Positions 1 to 12,378 of a stretch of DNA of 64,000 bases are shown piece after piece. The stretch is from assembly GCA_001662655.1 (NCBI GenBank), contig KV460243.1; one strand, given 5' to 3'. Position numbers and translations under genes: made by a program. The stretch comes from Pseudogymnoascus verrucosus (Eukaryota). The first letter of the stretch is position 1. Each line of letters opens with the position of its first letter. The notes below the pieces were generated by a model. It had not been told where the DNA came from, made no database searches, and saw nothing but the letters and a program-made list of their open reading frames with translations.

Positions 1-397
1 CGAGGTAGAAGATGTACGGCATATTATTAACTGGGTGGGTGGGTTTGAGGAAAGGAGGTGGGCATAGACGGGCGTTTTCGATAGGGAGATATGTTCAATT
101 TACCATCATTATTTTGGTTTGGCCCGTGGTAGTTGTGTGGTTTACTTTTGGATTTGTGTGCCCTACGATGGATGATATCTCCCCTTTCATTGGTGTTTCG
201 TCACCTGGTGTACTGCCGCTTTCTGGTTGAAAAGTATGGAACGGGGTGAGGTCAAGTGGAGGCCGTGGATGGCTGGACGGTTGGCTTGCTGTTGCCGTCG
301 GGGCCCTGTTGTCACTGTTGGATACTGATGTCGTCGGACCCCCGTTGTCACCGTTTGTCTATTGCTGTCAGCGCGAACCAGGGTCCAAAGAAGAGTT

Positions 398-505
398 CGA
401 GAAGCTGCTGAAGAGAGCGGNNNNNNNNNNNNNNNNNNNNNNNNNNNNNNNNNNNNNNNNNNNNNNNNNNNNNNNNNNNNNNCCGCTCTCTTCAGCAGCT
501 TCTCG
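398..505. repeat. 23-bp perfect inverted repeat flanking an N gap (probable assembly artefact)
   Basis: CGAGAAGCTGCTGAAGAGAGCGG (398-420) and its exact reverse complement CCGCTCTCTTCAGCAGCTTCTCG (483-505) directly abut the gap 421-482. Confidence 0.85.
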
Positions 506-1093
506 GTCTCTTCTGTCGTGTCATCCTCAATCCGTGTATCTGAGATTCTATTCCCTGGCCTATTGTCCACGTCCCCGGTCTCTTAGCCATTTGGTGAGCT
601 ACGTCCTCATAAATCAGACCGCAGGTTTCAATTCTAGCTATAGACTCTCTTCATCTAGACTTCTATGCCACAACGGGTACGAAATCCACGACATAACGAT
701 GATGTGACGTCGGTCGAAAGAGAACCGACGTCCGTTCGTCCTGACCCAAATGTTCGCGCCAAGACGGTTAAACTACCCCACGCTGTACCTGGTCGCAATT
801 TACCCATCCCCAATCCGTGGCGTTCTCCCCTCATAACCAACCCTGCAAAAGGCAAGGTGTCTAGGAATGCTTGAATCGACAGACGGGCGATCCTCCGCAG
901 AAACGGAAGTTATGTTGTTCCACCTCTGAGAAATTTCCCAGCGGACTTTACTTCGGCCGCTGTTACGAAGGGCGGGGAGGGGCAAGGCAAGCCACAGTTG
1001 GATTGTGTTGCTGGGGACGATGAGGTTGTATTTATATAAAGTCGCTGCTATGAAACATGTGGTCACGGAGGCAAATCTTCACCCTGAACAAGT

Positions 1094-2472
1094 ATGATAT
1101 TCAATAAGCTACTCTTGGCTCTGCTTGCCGCGCGGTCCATTGATGCTGCCCCGCCTTCCAGGCGGGCGCATTTTGACTGGGATAAGACGGATTTCGTGTA
1201 TGTTCTCACCAAGTTACTCGACGCATTATGTCACTGACTGGCTCCCAGACTCGCGTTTGGCGATTCGTATACCTTTGTGCAGGGTACAGAAGGGAATAAG
1301 GATTTTTCGTTTATTGGCGACAACTTGAACTTGAGTTACACCAAGGAGAAGTTGTATGGGGACAAGATTGTCAAAAATCAGGTAAGTAACATGTTCTCAT
1401 CCGAGAAATTGGGGAGTTTTAACATCTGAAGACGTCGGCGGGGGGACCTAATTGGACCGAGTACTTGACGGGCTGTTATGAAGGCTTCCCGTGGAAATGC
1501 AAGAGACCATTATGGAATTTTGCGTTTGCTGGATCGGATATATCAGTTGAATAGTAAGCCTTCGTTTTGGGAGTCTATATCTCTTTGGAAACCCATTAAT
1601 AACTGTGATAACAGTACCCCGCTACATCATGACTTCACCGTCGACTTTGTCAACCAGATTGAGCAATATGACACGTATGGTGATAAGCATCTGCCAAAAA
1701 ACAGGAAGAATGCTCTTGTTGCGGTCTGGATTGGGTATGTTCTATCAGTCCCTGAAAGTACGGTATTGTGCTAACGGTCTGTCAATAGCATCAATGACAT
1801 TTCAGACTCGGCCAAATACGCTTTGAATGTCACCGGTGTAAATTACACGAGTTTATACACGAAGATGATCGAAACACAGTTCCAAGCAATGGTAATTATA
1901 AGAATCCTACCTGCCAAAGGCTGACTTCATTGAAAGATGAACAGAGGCCTGACCTGCATCGTTATTTGCTAATACTTCTCTAGGAAACTCTCGAAGCTGA
2001 CGGATACCACAACTACCTTGTTATGGGACAGCCTCCCAGAGATAGAACGCCCGCTGGTCTCATCTCCGAGCATCCATTACCCAACAAGACAATGTTTGCC
2101 AACTGGGATCATATCATAGAATCGACTGCTCGCAAATTCGAAGAGAAGCACCAAGAATCGAATGTCTTCGTATTTGATACGTATTCATTCCTATCAGATG
2201 TCCTGGACAATTCCGAGAAGCACCACTTCACAAACATCACAGCCTTCTGTAAAGACTATGCTGCGCCGGATATTATCTGGAATTATGCGAACTACGGGTG
2301 TGAGCCGATTTATAACTATTTCTGGTTGAGTAAGTGCCGCCTCCCTTATGACTGGAAGCTGGATGTTACGCAATATACTGACATAATTATAGATTCGGGT
2401 CACATTACGTACCACGCCCATGAGATTTTGGCAAAAGGCGTATCCGCATTCTTGAGGCGGATGAAGCGCTAG
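1094..2472 (+). CDS. Secreted GDSL/SGNH acetylesterase, CE16-like, multi-exon
   Basis: Manual splicing gives signal peptide MIFNKLLLALLAARS, then LAFGDSYT (block I), GGPNWTEYL, NFAFAGS, WIGINDI (across an intron) and FWL/DSGH (DxxH across an intron). Stop at 2472. Confidence 0.85.
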
Positions 2473-2903
2473 TAGTACTACGTCGGGTGGAGGTTAAAAT
2501 AAACCTCTAGAAGCTAAAATCGGGATTGATGGATTGTTCAAGTTGAAAACCGTCCCATGTTCTTACGGAATAGGAGGTGGAGGTGGATATCCTTGGTCGG
2601 CCTAGTTTTTAGACTCTACCTCATGATTCGTAATTAAAGCCTGTGCTTCCGTATGGATTTCAAGTGGCCAATTGGTACCGTGTGAAGCTTCATTCTGTGG
2701 GGGCTTATCCCCACCGTCGCGCGATCAAGACGTGATACCTTGTTACAGCGACGGTCATCATTTTGATAGCCTCGGCAATGCTGCCTGGCAGATGTTAAAT
2801 TATGATACAGTACTACCGACTTTAATTGTTCTGCGTCTGTATTTCTATAATTTGACAGGTTTATACTCCAATCGGTGAGGTGATATGCTAGCTTCTATGG
2901 GCG

Positions 2904-2912
2904 ATTGGAGGA
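2904..2912 (-). promoter_or_regulatory. Candidate galacturonic-acid responsive element (GARE, TCCNCCAAT)
   Basis: ATTGGAGGA reads TCCTCCAAT on the minus strand, about 210 bp upstream of the pectate lyase ATG. Confidence 0.5.
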
Positions 2913-3123
2913 AAAACTCATAAACGAGGTCAATGGAAAACGAAATGCCATATTAAAGGCGTTGCAGATTTAATGACTTTTATATTCAAACGGCTTCCCC
3001 GCAAATATAAGCTTTAGGCTGAGCAAAATTACTTTGCTATAAAGGCTTGAAGGTCTTGGTTGCCGCGATGCACGTTGGTAATAAATCTTATTTTCGTGTA
3101 CATACTCCCTCATAACACTCACC

Positions 3124-4215
3124 ATGCTTAGAAACCTTAAATTTGTAACTGCCATTCTGGCAATTATTTCCGGGACTGTTGCCCAAAATGCTTTTGAAGG
3201 AGCCATAGGTTTTGGCGCCGTATCAACCGGTGGAAATGGCGGAACTGTAGTCACCGTCACCAACCTCGAGGACAGTGGCGCCGGCTCCTTTCGTGATGCT
3301 GTCAGCCAATCCAACCGCATCATCAATTTTGCTGTCGCTGGTTACATCGTCTTGAAGTCTCCTGTATCTCTATCAAGCCACATCACCATCAATGGGCAGA
3401 GTGCACCAAGCCCAGGAATCGGCGTCATGGCCGGCGAGATTTCCGCCAGTGGAAAGAACAATATTGTCATCCGTAACTTCCGCATGCGTCAGGGAAACCT
3501 CGATAAACAGACTGGAAAAAGCGCCTTTAATATGGGAGAGTCATCCAATATCATCCTGGACCACTGCTCGGTTGCTTACGGCCAGTGGGACTCCATCGAC
3601 GCTGTCAAGGCCGTGAATATAACTGTATCAAACTCCATAATTGCCTTCCCCATCGGGCAACAATTCGGCGCACACATTGAGGGAGGCCCTGCAACTCTAT
3701 ACGGAAACCTCTGGGTCAGCGCCCATAATCGCCAACCTCTCACCAAGAGTAATACGCAGTATATTAACAACATCGTTTACAACTACCAAGCCGCCTACAC
3801 CACCGCGGAAACGAGCGGCTACTTCTCCCATGACATCCTCAACAACTACTTCATCACGGGGCCCAGCACCACCAACCCGAGCAATTACTACTACCAGATG
3901 AACGAAAAGCAGAGTGTGTACGCCCATGGAAACTACGCCGATACCAAGAACGACGGCGTGCTTGCTGGCGCCTTGGAGAACAAGGTGGGTAGCGCCGTTG
4001 TGCTTGACGCGGCGTGGGATCCAACTTCCGTTGGTTTGGCCAAACTCACTGCTCTCGAGGCATACACAGCCGTCCTCGCCAGTGCGGGAGCCTCCCCACG
4101 CGATGAAGTTGATGCGTTTGCTGTTTCGACTGTGAAGACTCTGGGGAAGTCTGGTGTGATCTACACGAACCAGGCGAGCACAGGTCTTTCGAACGGCGGC
4201 TATGGCACGCTGTAA
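3124..4215 (+). CDS. Secreted polysaccharide lyase family 1 pectate lyase (PlyC-like), intronless
   Basis: Signal peptide; AFEGAIGFGAVSTGGNGGTVVTVTNLEDSGAGSFRDAVS N-terminus typical of this PL1 subgroup; IILDHCS (vWiDH equivalent); RQP (RxP); Asn-ladder beta-helix repeats. Confidence 0.88.
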   Translation: MLRNLKFVTAILAIISGTVAQNAFEGAIGFGAVSTGGNGGTVVTVTNLEDSGAGSFRDAVSQSNRIINFAVAGYIVLKSPVSLSSHITINGQSAPSPGIGVMAGEISASGKNNIVIRNFRMRQGNLDKQTGKSAFNMGESSNIILDHCSVAYGQWDSIDAVKAVNITVSNSIIAFPIGQQFGAHIEGGPATLYGNLWVSAHNRQPLTKSNTQYINNIVYNYQAAYTTAETSGYFSHDILNNYFITGPSTTNPSNYYYQMNEKQSVYAHGNYADTKNDGVLAGALENKVGSAVVLDAAWDPTSVGLAKLTALEAYTAVLASAGASPRDEVDAFAVSTVKTLGKSGVIYTNQASTGLSNGGYGTL

Positions 4216-5329
4216 GGGATTCCATGGGATATCATTACCCGGGGGGGAAGATGGAGATCTAAGCAATTTGCTTCTGTTCATGCCCTATACATACTTTGGG
4301 GAGTGATGTACATATTTCTTAAAGTGCTAGTAGGGTCTCCATATATTTGTTATAGCAAGGCTTTTATTGTGATTCACGGTTAATCCAGCTACGACAAATT
4401 ACATAAGGCACGGTGGAAACCATTGATCCCACAGATGGGCGCACAAAAATCAAACAATGACATGCCAATTGTGACTCTGTGCGATGCGGATTTTCGCCAA
4501 CTGTGGCATCATGGAGGTGGCTCTGTAGATGGCCACACGAGGTACTGTGGCCGACAGAGAAAAAGAAGTGGCAGTGAAGAGTGGCAGTGAGAAAACGGCG
4601 CTATAGTGACAGTATGGGCGACAGCGAGAAAGGGGGTGACGGTAGAAAATATGAGCTTGGTGATTACAATATCATCGATGAACTCTGTCCCAGACCCCAA
4701 CCAAGGTAGGAACTTGACGTAAAGTCTCTAGCTATAACACCGTCGAATTTCCGTTGTCGTGACATTGTGGACTGTACGATGGAGAAAATCGACTACTATG
4801 TCTACGAGATATTACCTGAGAGGCAATATATATATTTCATCCGGAATTGGTACTGATGGCACAAGGTGTTACTGGCTGTTGACCTTCTCCGATAGCTGAA
4901 CTACTTGCCGTCTTACATATATCCGGTGTATCCGATGGGGTTGGCATGAGATGCATCATTGAGGCGCGCGCAGCGAGTCCCAACCATCCATGGGATCGAT
5001 CATTTAACCGCTTGATTTCAAGATTGGTAGAGACTGGACTAATAAGATTATTATCGCGATGCCATATTAGAGTTTTTGAAGATAAGGCCTAGTTGATATA
5101 ATCAACTGTCTCGTGAAGAGATGATGTTGCTCTTCGCGAAGCTCGCCATCGAGAATTCTAATGGCGTGCGCTGGCTGACTGACAAATCCCATGGCGCTTC
5201 AAGGCGAGACAATGGCATCAGACGCGACTGAGACAATCGGAACGATGGGTTAAGTACGATCTCAACTTCTTGTTTCATCATTTTTCTACTTGGTTTGTTC
5301 ATATTTGCGAATCCACAAGCAATGTTACG

Positions 5330-7045
5330 ATGAGTCTCAATGAACAAGAGCCGTTGTTGAGCAAAATTAGCACTGGAGAGCCTGAGAGCCACGTAATCGA
5401 TGATGGCCTCTCAGACCCCGTACCATCAAGAAACATCGACGACGACGTTCTCCCAGAAACTGCCACCTATGGTCGCAATCTTGGATGGAGCGGCGCATAT
5501 ATCGTCGTCATCTCTCGAGTAATCGGCAGCGGCATTTTCGCGACTCCCGGCTCCATCACAAAATCAGTCGGGAGCATCGGAATCTCACTCCTGTTGTGGG
5601 TTGCCGGCGCAGTCCTGGCCGCCTGTGGCCTTTCTATATCCCTTGAATACGGATGCATGCTTCCAAGGTCTGGCGGCGAGAAGGTGTACCTAGAGTTCAC
5701 CTACCGGCATCCTCGATTCCTTGCATCTACTTTGGTAGCTGTTCAGGCTGTTTTACTTGGCTTCACAGCGAGTAATTGCATTGTTTTTGGGCGATATACC
5801 GTCTATGCCTTCTATGGGCACGATGCAACTGACTTCGCTCAAAAGTTGGTGGCAGCCAGCTTAATGACGGTGATTACTGTCATCCATGGCAGTCACGTCA
5901 AGACCGGAATCGCGATCCAGAATGCGTTCGGATGGGTTAAGGTAGTTTTGGTTGTCTCCATGGGATTTGCGGGACTTTATGTGATACTTTTCCGACCCAC
6001 GGCTACAGACCTACCGGCATCAGAGAGACAAGCCTTTAGTTGGGATGACCTATGGGAAGGTTCTAATTGGAGTTGGGGCATCATTTCCACAGCCGTCTTC
6101 AAGGTTTCGTATTCATACGCCGGACTCCACAATATCAACAACGTCTTAAATGAAGTTAAAGATCCAGTCAGGACGCTGAAGTCCGTGGGGCCAATTGCGC
6201 TCCTCACCGCGTGCATATTCTACTTGCTTGTGAACATTGCATACTTCGCCGTCATCCCCCTTCAAGAAATCAAAGACAGTGGCGAGCTTGTCGCGGCCCT
6301 TTTTTTTGATCGTTTGTTTGGCAACAGCATTGGCAAAACGGTACTGCCCCTCGCAATTGCCGTGTCCGCTGCTGGAAATGTCATGGTAGTAACATTCGCT
6401 TCCGTAAGTTCCACCTGCAAAAACCTTCTACATATCACTCACCTTCACAGGCAAGAGTAAACCAAGAGATAGCCCGCCAGGGGTTTCTCCCTTACGCTAG
6501 TCTGTTTTCTTCCTCTCGCCCTTTTAATACCCCTCTCGGGGGTCTCATCGTGCATTACATCCCTTCCATTCTTGTCATAACTCTTCCTCCCTTGGGAGAT
6601 GTTTACGCCTTTATCCTTGACGTTGAGGGTTATCCCGGGCAATTTTTTGCTTTAGCAACTACTGTTGGCCTTCTCAAACTCCGCAAGAGCCACCCGGATA
6701 TATTGCGTCCGTTCAGAGCATGGCTGCCGGTGGTATGGCTGAGGATTGGGGTTTGCCTTGCCCTTATTGCAGCGCCGTTTGTGCCGCCAAAAGGAGGTAA
6801 AGGAGATGTAAGCTTTTTCTATGCGACGTATGCTATTGTAGGGATTATGATGTGAGTATTGACCTCCACATCACTGGGATTTAGCTGATGTATCTAGAAT
6901 ATTATTTGCGGTAGGGTATTGGTATGTGTATTTTGTCGCTTTGCCGTGGTGGAATGGGCATAGGATTGAAGAGGAAACTGATGTATTGGAGGATGGAACA
7001 AGCATTACAAAGCTTGTAAAGGTGAAGAATATAGAGGTGAGTTAA
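5330..7045 (+). CDS. APC-superfamily amino acid permease, methionine permease (Mup1/Mup3)-like
   Basis: IGSGIFATPG, LEYGCMLPRSGGEKVYL, YSYAGLHNINNVLNEVKDP and ARVNQEIARQGFLP motifs; about 12 TM segments; introns near 6404-6450 and 6852-6897. Confidence 0.88.
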
Positions 7046-7268
7046 TGGGATTTTGGAGCAGCGTCGGAACTGTGGGAATAAATGAACCTTATGAGAGCTA
7101 CGAGACTGTGAACGAATAGGACGGGTACTGATTAAGACATACATTTAGATGGAAATTATATAGGCAGCCCTTGCAATAACTCAGAAGTTTGAATGAAAGG
7201 TGGCGTTATATTGCGAAGCAGAAACATGCTCCTCATTGCAGCAGCTTCCTTCAACGAAAACGCCTAAA

Positions 7269-7967
7269 TTATAAAACGACACAACGATGATTTCTCCTTT
7301 GCTTCTTCTTTGGCCACAAGCGCCGACGGGGAGTATACTTTTCAGTAGAAAGAGCAATACTCATAACAGCGTCAAGAAGCTCTGGCACGCCTTCCCCTGT
7401 AATAGCCGAGCACTCGAAGTAGCCGTCCATGTCGATACTCTGTGCGTATTGTTTTGCTCTTGCTCTGCCAGCACTCGTATCTGGATCTTGAGAGTCGCTC
7501 CTGCATCCAACCATAAAAATAGGCATTCTTATTTCTTGTGGGAAGTCTCGAGAGCACAACCCCTCAAGCTTCCACTGAAGGACTTCCAGATGGTCCTCCA
7601 CGCTACCCATGAAGTCAAGTGAGAAGCAGAATAAGACGACAGCTGCATTGACGAACATTATGGGGAGAAGCCTCGTGTAAGTATATGAATTCTCCCAGAA
7701 GGAAACTACACTTGTGTCGCCTTCTACCCCGCGCTGTAGTTCCGTAATATTCGAATCAGAAGGAGGTAATATTTCACTAGGGAGACCACCGTAGGAGGTG
7801 TCCACTGCTTCTTTGAGGAGTGCGGCTATGAGTAAAGTTTTCCCAACACCTTCTAAACCATCAACGGTAACCTTACGAAACCTAGAGCTAGGTTTTTTCT
7901 TTGGTACTGGAAGATATTAGCAACAGAAGCGAGTGTACCCGGTTAGATTCATACAAGGCAATGGCAT
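7269..7967 (-). CDS. Atypical Rho/Ras-family small GTPase-like protein with CAAX box
   Basis: Spliced start MPLPLPKKKPSSRFRKVTVDGLEGVGKT (P-loop); VVLFCFSL; G4-like VGCRSD; G5 YFECSA; polybasic tail ending CVVL. G3 DxxG is replaced by WENSY. Confidence 0.75.
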
Positions 7968-8270
7968 ATCTTTCGAGGATGCTGGGACATTACCCTGACG
8001 ATTGGATGGAGTTGTATGTATATTTTGTAGAGTTTGAAAGACGCTGGGTTCGGTCAACTATTCAGCTTTCGTGTACGGATGGAAACAGTTTACGTCTGAT
8101 CGTTGTCATAAACAGGTGGACTGCTATAGCCTTGGGGTCTTATGCCTTCAAGAGTAAGCCGGTGATCTATTAGGCCGACAAGTAGCCATGTGGTTGATTG
8201 CCTTGAATGGTTCATGATGATCAAGACCCCGACATGTGTCTCTCTCGTATTGCACAGCCACAACATAACC

Positions 8271-8394
8271 GAGCCACAACGAACTCTGACATGCACCTTC
8301 CCCCGTCGCCAGCATTTAATCTTCTATTCCGTGCTATGGCGGATGCTATGAACGATGGACCACCGATACAATGCTGGGCTTGCCGCGAAAAAGA
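8271..8394 (+). pseudogene. Truncated duplicate of the 5' end of the Zn2Cys6 gene at 10523
   Basis: ATG at 8336 gives MADAMNDGPPIQCWACR versus MADAMNDGSPIQCWACR at 10523. The 5' UTR is also similar (ATTTAATCTTCTATTCCGT vs ATTCAATCTTCCACTCCGT). A 1-bp deletion follows CWACR, then homology ends. Confidence 0.9.
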
Positions 8395-8397
8395 GCT

Positions 8398-10187
8398 TCA
8401 ACTCACTCCATAGCTTCTGTCTTCATCTGTATCGCTAGGAGGATCAACCACCGCTCCATTTTCTACGAGCACCAGCTCATCAACCCTTTCCCTATTATAT
8501 TCGACCCGCTTCCAAGTCGTTAAGCTCCCAGTAGTCGTACCGAGTTCCCAGACCCGCATTCGTCGGTGAAATCGCTTTTGCCTTGGCCATTTGCCGTATG
8601 AGCAGTATCCCCCGAACCCGCTACCACCTCCATAGCATAGCCAAGGGCCACGCTGAGGGGCTCCGTCACCATCCTGCTGCACTTGTTGTGGCAGCAGAGC
8701 GCAAAAGTCATTTACGTGATCGTGTCCGCAGCCTACAGCCGAAATTTCTTCTTTGACCAAAGCGTCGTAGAAATGGGAGTTGATGTTAGGCCCCTCAGTC
8801 GGTTCCTCTCGGTGTCCGTTGCCTATACGAAGGTTTTTGTCTCCAAACTCGGGAAGAGGGATGTGTAGGAAAACCAGAGATAAATGGAAGCCACTGTTGT
8901 TATTGTCGTCTTGCGCCATTCGTGCCGCTTGGGAAGTTTCCGTAAACCAGTCAATCTGGCTTTGCTTGATATGATCATAGCCAGTGGTACCAGGAACTTG
9001 ACCATGTGAATCCAAGAAGTATAAAGTCGATAACGGGAGTGATGACTGGCCGGGAGCCAAAACCTGAATATAGTAGTTGCCTATGCCGTCTACATTCGTT
9101 GGGCCTGGCCTACAGAAGCTAAACGGCAGATTCTGGAGTATTGACATCTGCTTATCTCCTATAATCCAGTTAGCAATCATTCCCATGAACTACGTTAGTA
9201 GGAATTCAGAACAAACTTGCAGAGCAGTCCGCGCCGTTTATAAGAGTGTAACAACTCCGAGTTGTCGATGGCTAGTGGGCTAACTAATGAAAGAAGATAC
9301 TGACGATTTAATGCGTGGATTCCCTCACTATCATGGTTCCCAAAGACAGCCGCGAATGGGATTGATCTGTTGATCATTGGGGCTACCACCTTGAAAATAG
9401 CAGTGTGACTCTCCGGGATGTCGTGGTGTAACTGATCTCCAGTGAGAACCACAAGGTCTGGTTTCTCAATATCCAAGATATTTTCAATGAACTTTACCGT
9501 AAGTGGATCGGCGTCGCTCTCTGGCAGATCGTTCCCATGGGCATCAATAGCATCCCTACATACCCCGACACCGGTGACCATGTGTGTGTCAGAGATCTGG
9601 AGGATCTTGAATTTGCCATCCTCCCTGACTCTCAAAGCCGCCGGAGTATCTGATCTCGGTGCCCTGCCGCGGAGTACACTTAGTCTCGCAACTGGTATCT
9701 TCGGGTGAGTCTCAAGCTGGAGCGGTGATTGCATGAGAGCCCATTGCGGTCGCGGGTCAACGGCATCTACGCCAAAGAACACATCCACCTCTGTAACAGT
9801 CTCGTCAATAGTAGAGAACTTGCGTCTCAACAACCAGATTCCGTAAGGTCGGCTCTCCCATGAAGTACCTGAGTCAGTGGGAGTCTGCTCACCGACGCTG
9901 ATATTCACAACAACCAAGTCCTCTGCCGCACGTAGTTCTTCCTTATTCACTAACGCTACATACAACCATGCACTTTGCTGGGATGCATATAGGTAGAGCT
10001 CCTTCTCTATGCGGTGCCATTTTGTGTCGGAGGCGGAAGGAGGAGCTGCCGGAGAGACTATTACTCTGAGATCCGTGACAACGTGGGTAGCAACGGCTGC
10101 ACTATCGTTGGAGGGGAGAACTCCCAAACTCTTAGAGTACGTAGCATCATCGCTCCTAAGAGAAGCCTTAACGCAGATATCGGACAT
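8398..10187 (-). CDS. Calcineurin-like metallophosphoesterase, Dcr2-like, two exons
   Basis: KFKILQISDTH, VVLTGDQ, FGNHD, LYFLDSHG, FLHIPLPEF, GHDHVND and GFGGY motifs; one intron of about 9160-9305. Confidence 0.87.
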
Positions 10188-10522
10188 TTTTTCTTCGTTT
10201 TGTTGAGCAACTTCCAAGGAATGTGGTTTGCAATACACGTGATTGGTAAGTGCCAGCGGATGACATGTCACTCGATAGTATTAATGACGGTTACCCGACG
10301 GTCTCGATAATCCCTCGATAGTACCCACCGACTTGTCCTCCGTCTTTCTCCTTCCTGAATTCCTGCCCTAGAGCCGCTCACTATCTCCATAGACATAATT
10401 TTGACAAGTCACGATTGATTTTAGTGGCATGAATCTGAATATAATCCACTAATACTAGAATATACATAAGAGGTATAGGCCGATGGCACAGCGAATTCTG
10501 ATTCAATCTTCCACTCCGTTAT

Positions 10523-12243
10523 ATGGCGGATGCTATGAACGACGGATCACCAATACAATGCTGGGCTTGCCGGCGAAAAAGACTTGTATGCGACTCCACT
10601 CGCCCAGCATGTAAAAAGTGCTTCAAGAGAGGGACAGTGTGTCCAGGATATGGCGCGAAGCCACTGACTTGGGTTGAGCCTCGCCAGAAGAGAACTTGCA
10701 AAGGAAAGGATAGACGGGAGGAGAACGGAAGCGAGGCAGATGTGTCGGGGATGGCAATCGTTAAGCTTATGAAACCGCGGTTCAAAGGGGTTGATGCGTG
10801 CATGAGCAGGTCATTTGATAGCCAAGCTGTCCTCCATGCCATAGATTACTGTAAGTATTTCAATGGACATCCGTACTTTCTGGTAATATCCTGCGATCTA
10901 ATATACCATGATGCCTAAAGACAATACCATGATCTCTCCAGACCTAGTCCCAGTCGAAAATCCAGAAAATCCATATCGCTTCAGCTCGTCAGATGTGCGC
11001 TTTCTCCCACCGACGGTTCTACACAATCTCTTCTCCATTGTGTTTAGCCACGAACTCATCCGCCGAAATGGAGTACATTCGGATAATGGTTCTCAATCCT
11101 CCTCGGTGGCCGTGTATAGCCATCGGGGACTAGCCCTTCGATCGCTGAATGAAGATCTTTCATCACCTGAAACGCAAACTAGCGATATGGTTATTGCCTG
11201 TATTTTGATGTTTACTTTGGCGGAGGTGAGGCTATATATGTTGATTAGAACATGTAGCACATGCTGATTCCAGAAATTTAGCTTCAGCTTTCGGTCTGTC
11301 ACGATTGGGACAAGCACATCGCAGGCGTCAAAAAGATCATCGAATTACGAGGTGGCATAAAAAATGTTGCCGGGCGAGACGTCCATCTGGATTCTATGCT
11401 TGCTTACTTTATGATGTATGGCCATTTCTAATTTTTGCATTTGCCCTGAGTTGCTAACAGGTTCTATGTAGCATTGATGTTATGAGCTTCACAACAAGTC
11501 CGCGTTCTGCTGTAGCTCGGACGGATTCTTGGATGAATGACCAAATACAGTATTTGGAAATTATTCCGGGGCTCTACAAGTCTGGCTTATCGACATGTTT
11601 TGCTTGCCCAACAGAGCTCTTCGAGGATATCATCCGAATAAACATGTTGCGAGCAGCCGAGGAGTCGCCAACAAATATCCACCAACCAATTACTTCTTTT
11701 CGGGATATCTTAGCCCATATTCTGCAATTTTCCTCTCTAGGATGGGTTGCAATGAACTTATGTGGCCAAAATTCAGAAACGCCATCAGATATTCAGGCCA
11801 CTGAGTCTATAATGTCGGGTTGGCTCAGCATTTCCGAAATATACCACGCTGCAGTAACCATTTACTGTCTTAGTTCTCTCGCCCCCTTACCTGAGTTTAC
11901 AGAAAACATCGCTTCGTTTTCTCAGGCTAGAAATGTATCATACAGTTCAATAAAGATCCACCTGATCAAGATATTATCAGCAACAAATGGAATGACACAT
12001 ATGAGAAAGCTCTTATTATGGCCTCTTGTCATTGCCGGAATCGAAACAGGGAGCGATGATAGCAACTTTAGAGTGTTCATTACCACACAACTGACCCTGA
12101 TGAGCTCGGAGCTGGGGACTTTTGCCCCTATTGAAGCGAGGCAATTTCTAGAGTCACATTGGACGTCTCTGGACAACTGTCCATTGTCACAAGCAAAGCC
12201 GTGGGATTTAATGTTTCACAAGCATTTTGTTTTCGTTCTTTAA
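10523..12243 (+). CDS. Zn2Cys6 transcription factor with fungal-specific TF domain (Fungal_trans_2 type)
   Basis: CWACRRKRLVCDSTRPACKKCFKRGTVC cluster; HRGLALRSLNEDL; IELRGG; CPTELF; LLWPLVIAGIE; three introns. Confidence 0.9.
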
Positions 12244-12378
12244 ACCACAACTGCCACAACTGGAAGCATCAATTGCTACACCGTCCAACACGCATTGGAT
12301 TCTACGTGGTGTCTTCGACAAAAACGATCGGATTGTGTTTGATCCAGATATCCTATTTGCAACTGGCTGTATTTGAAG

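Noticed and set aside
398..505. Hairpin or MITE suggested by the perfect inverted repeat
   Set aside because: Both arms end exactly at an N gap, which is the pattern of a scaffolding or contig-end artefact.
1..590. Possible minus-strand gene (DNRPGNRISD...; exon after GCTGAC..AATAG)
   Set aside because: Broken by the gap, no clean in-frame ATG and no recognisable domain.
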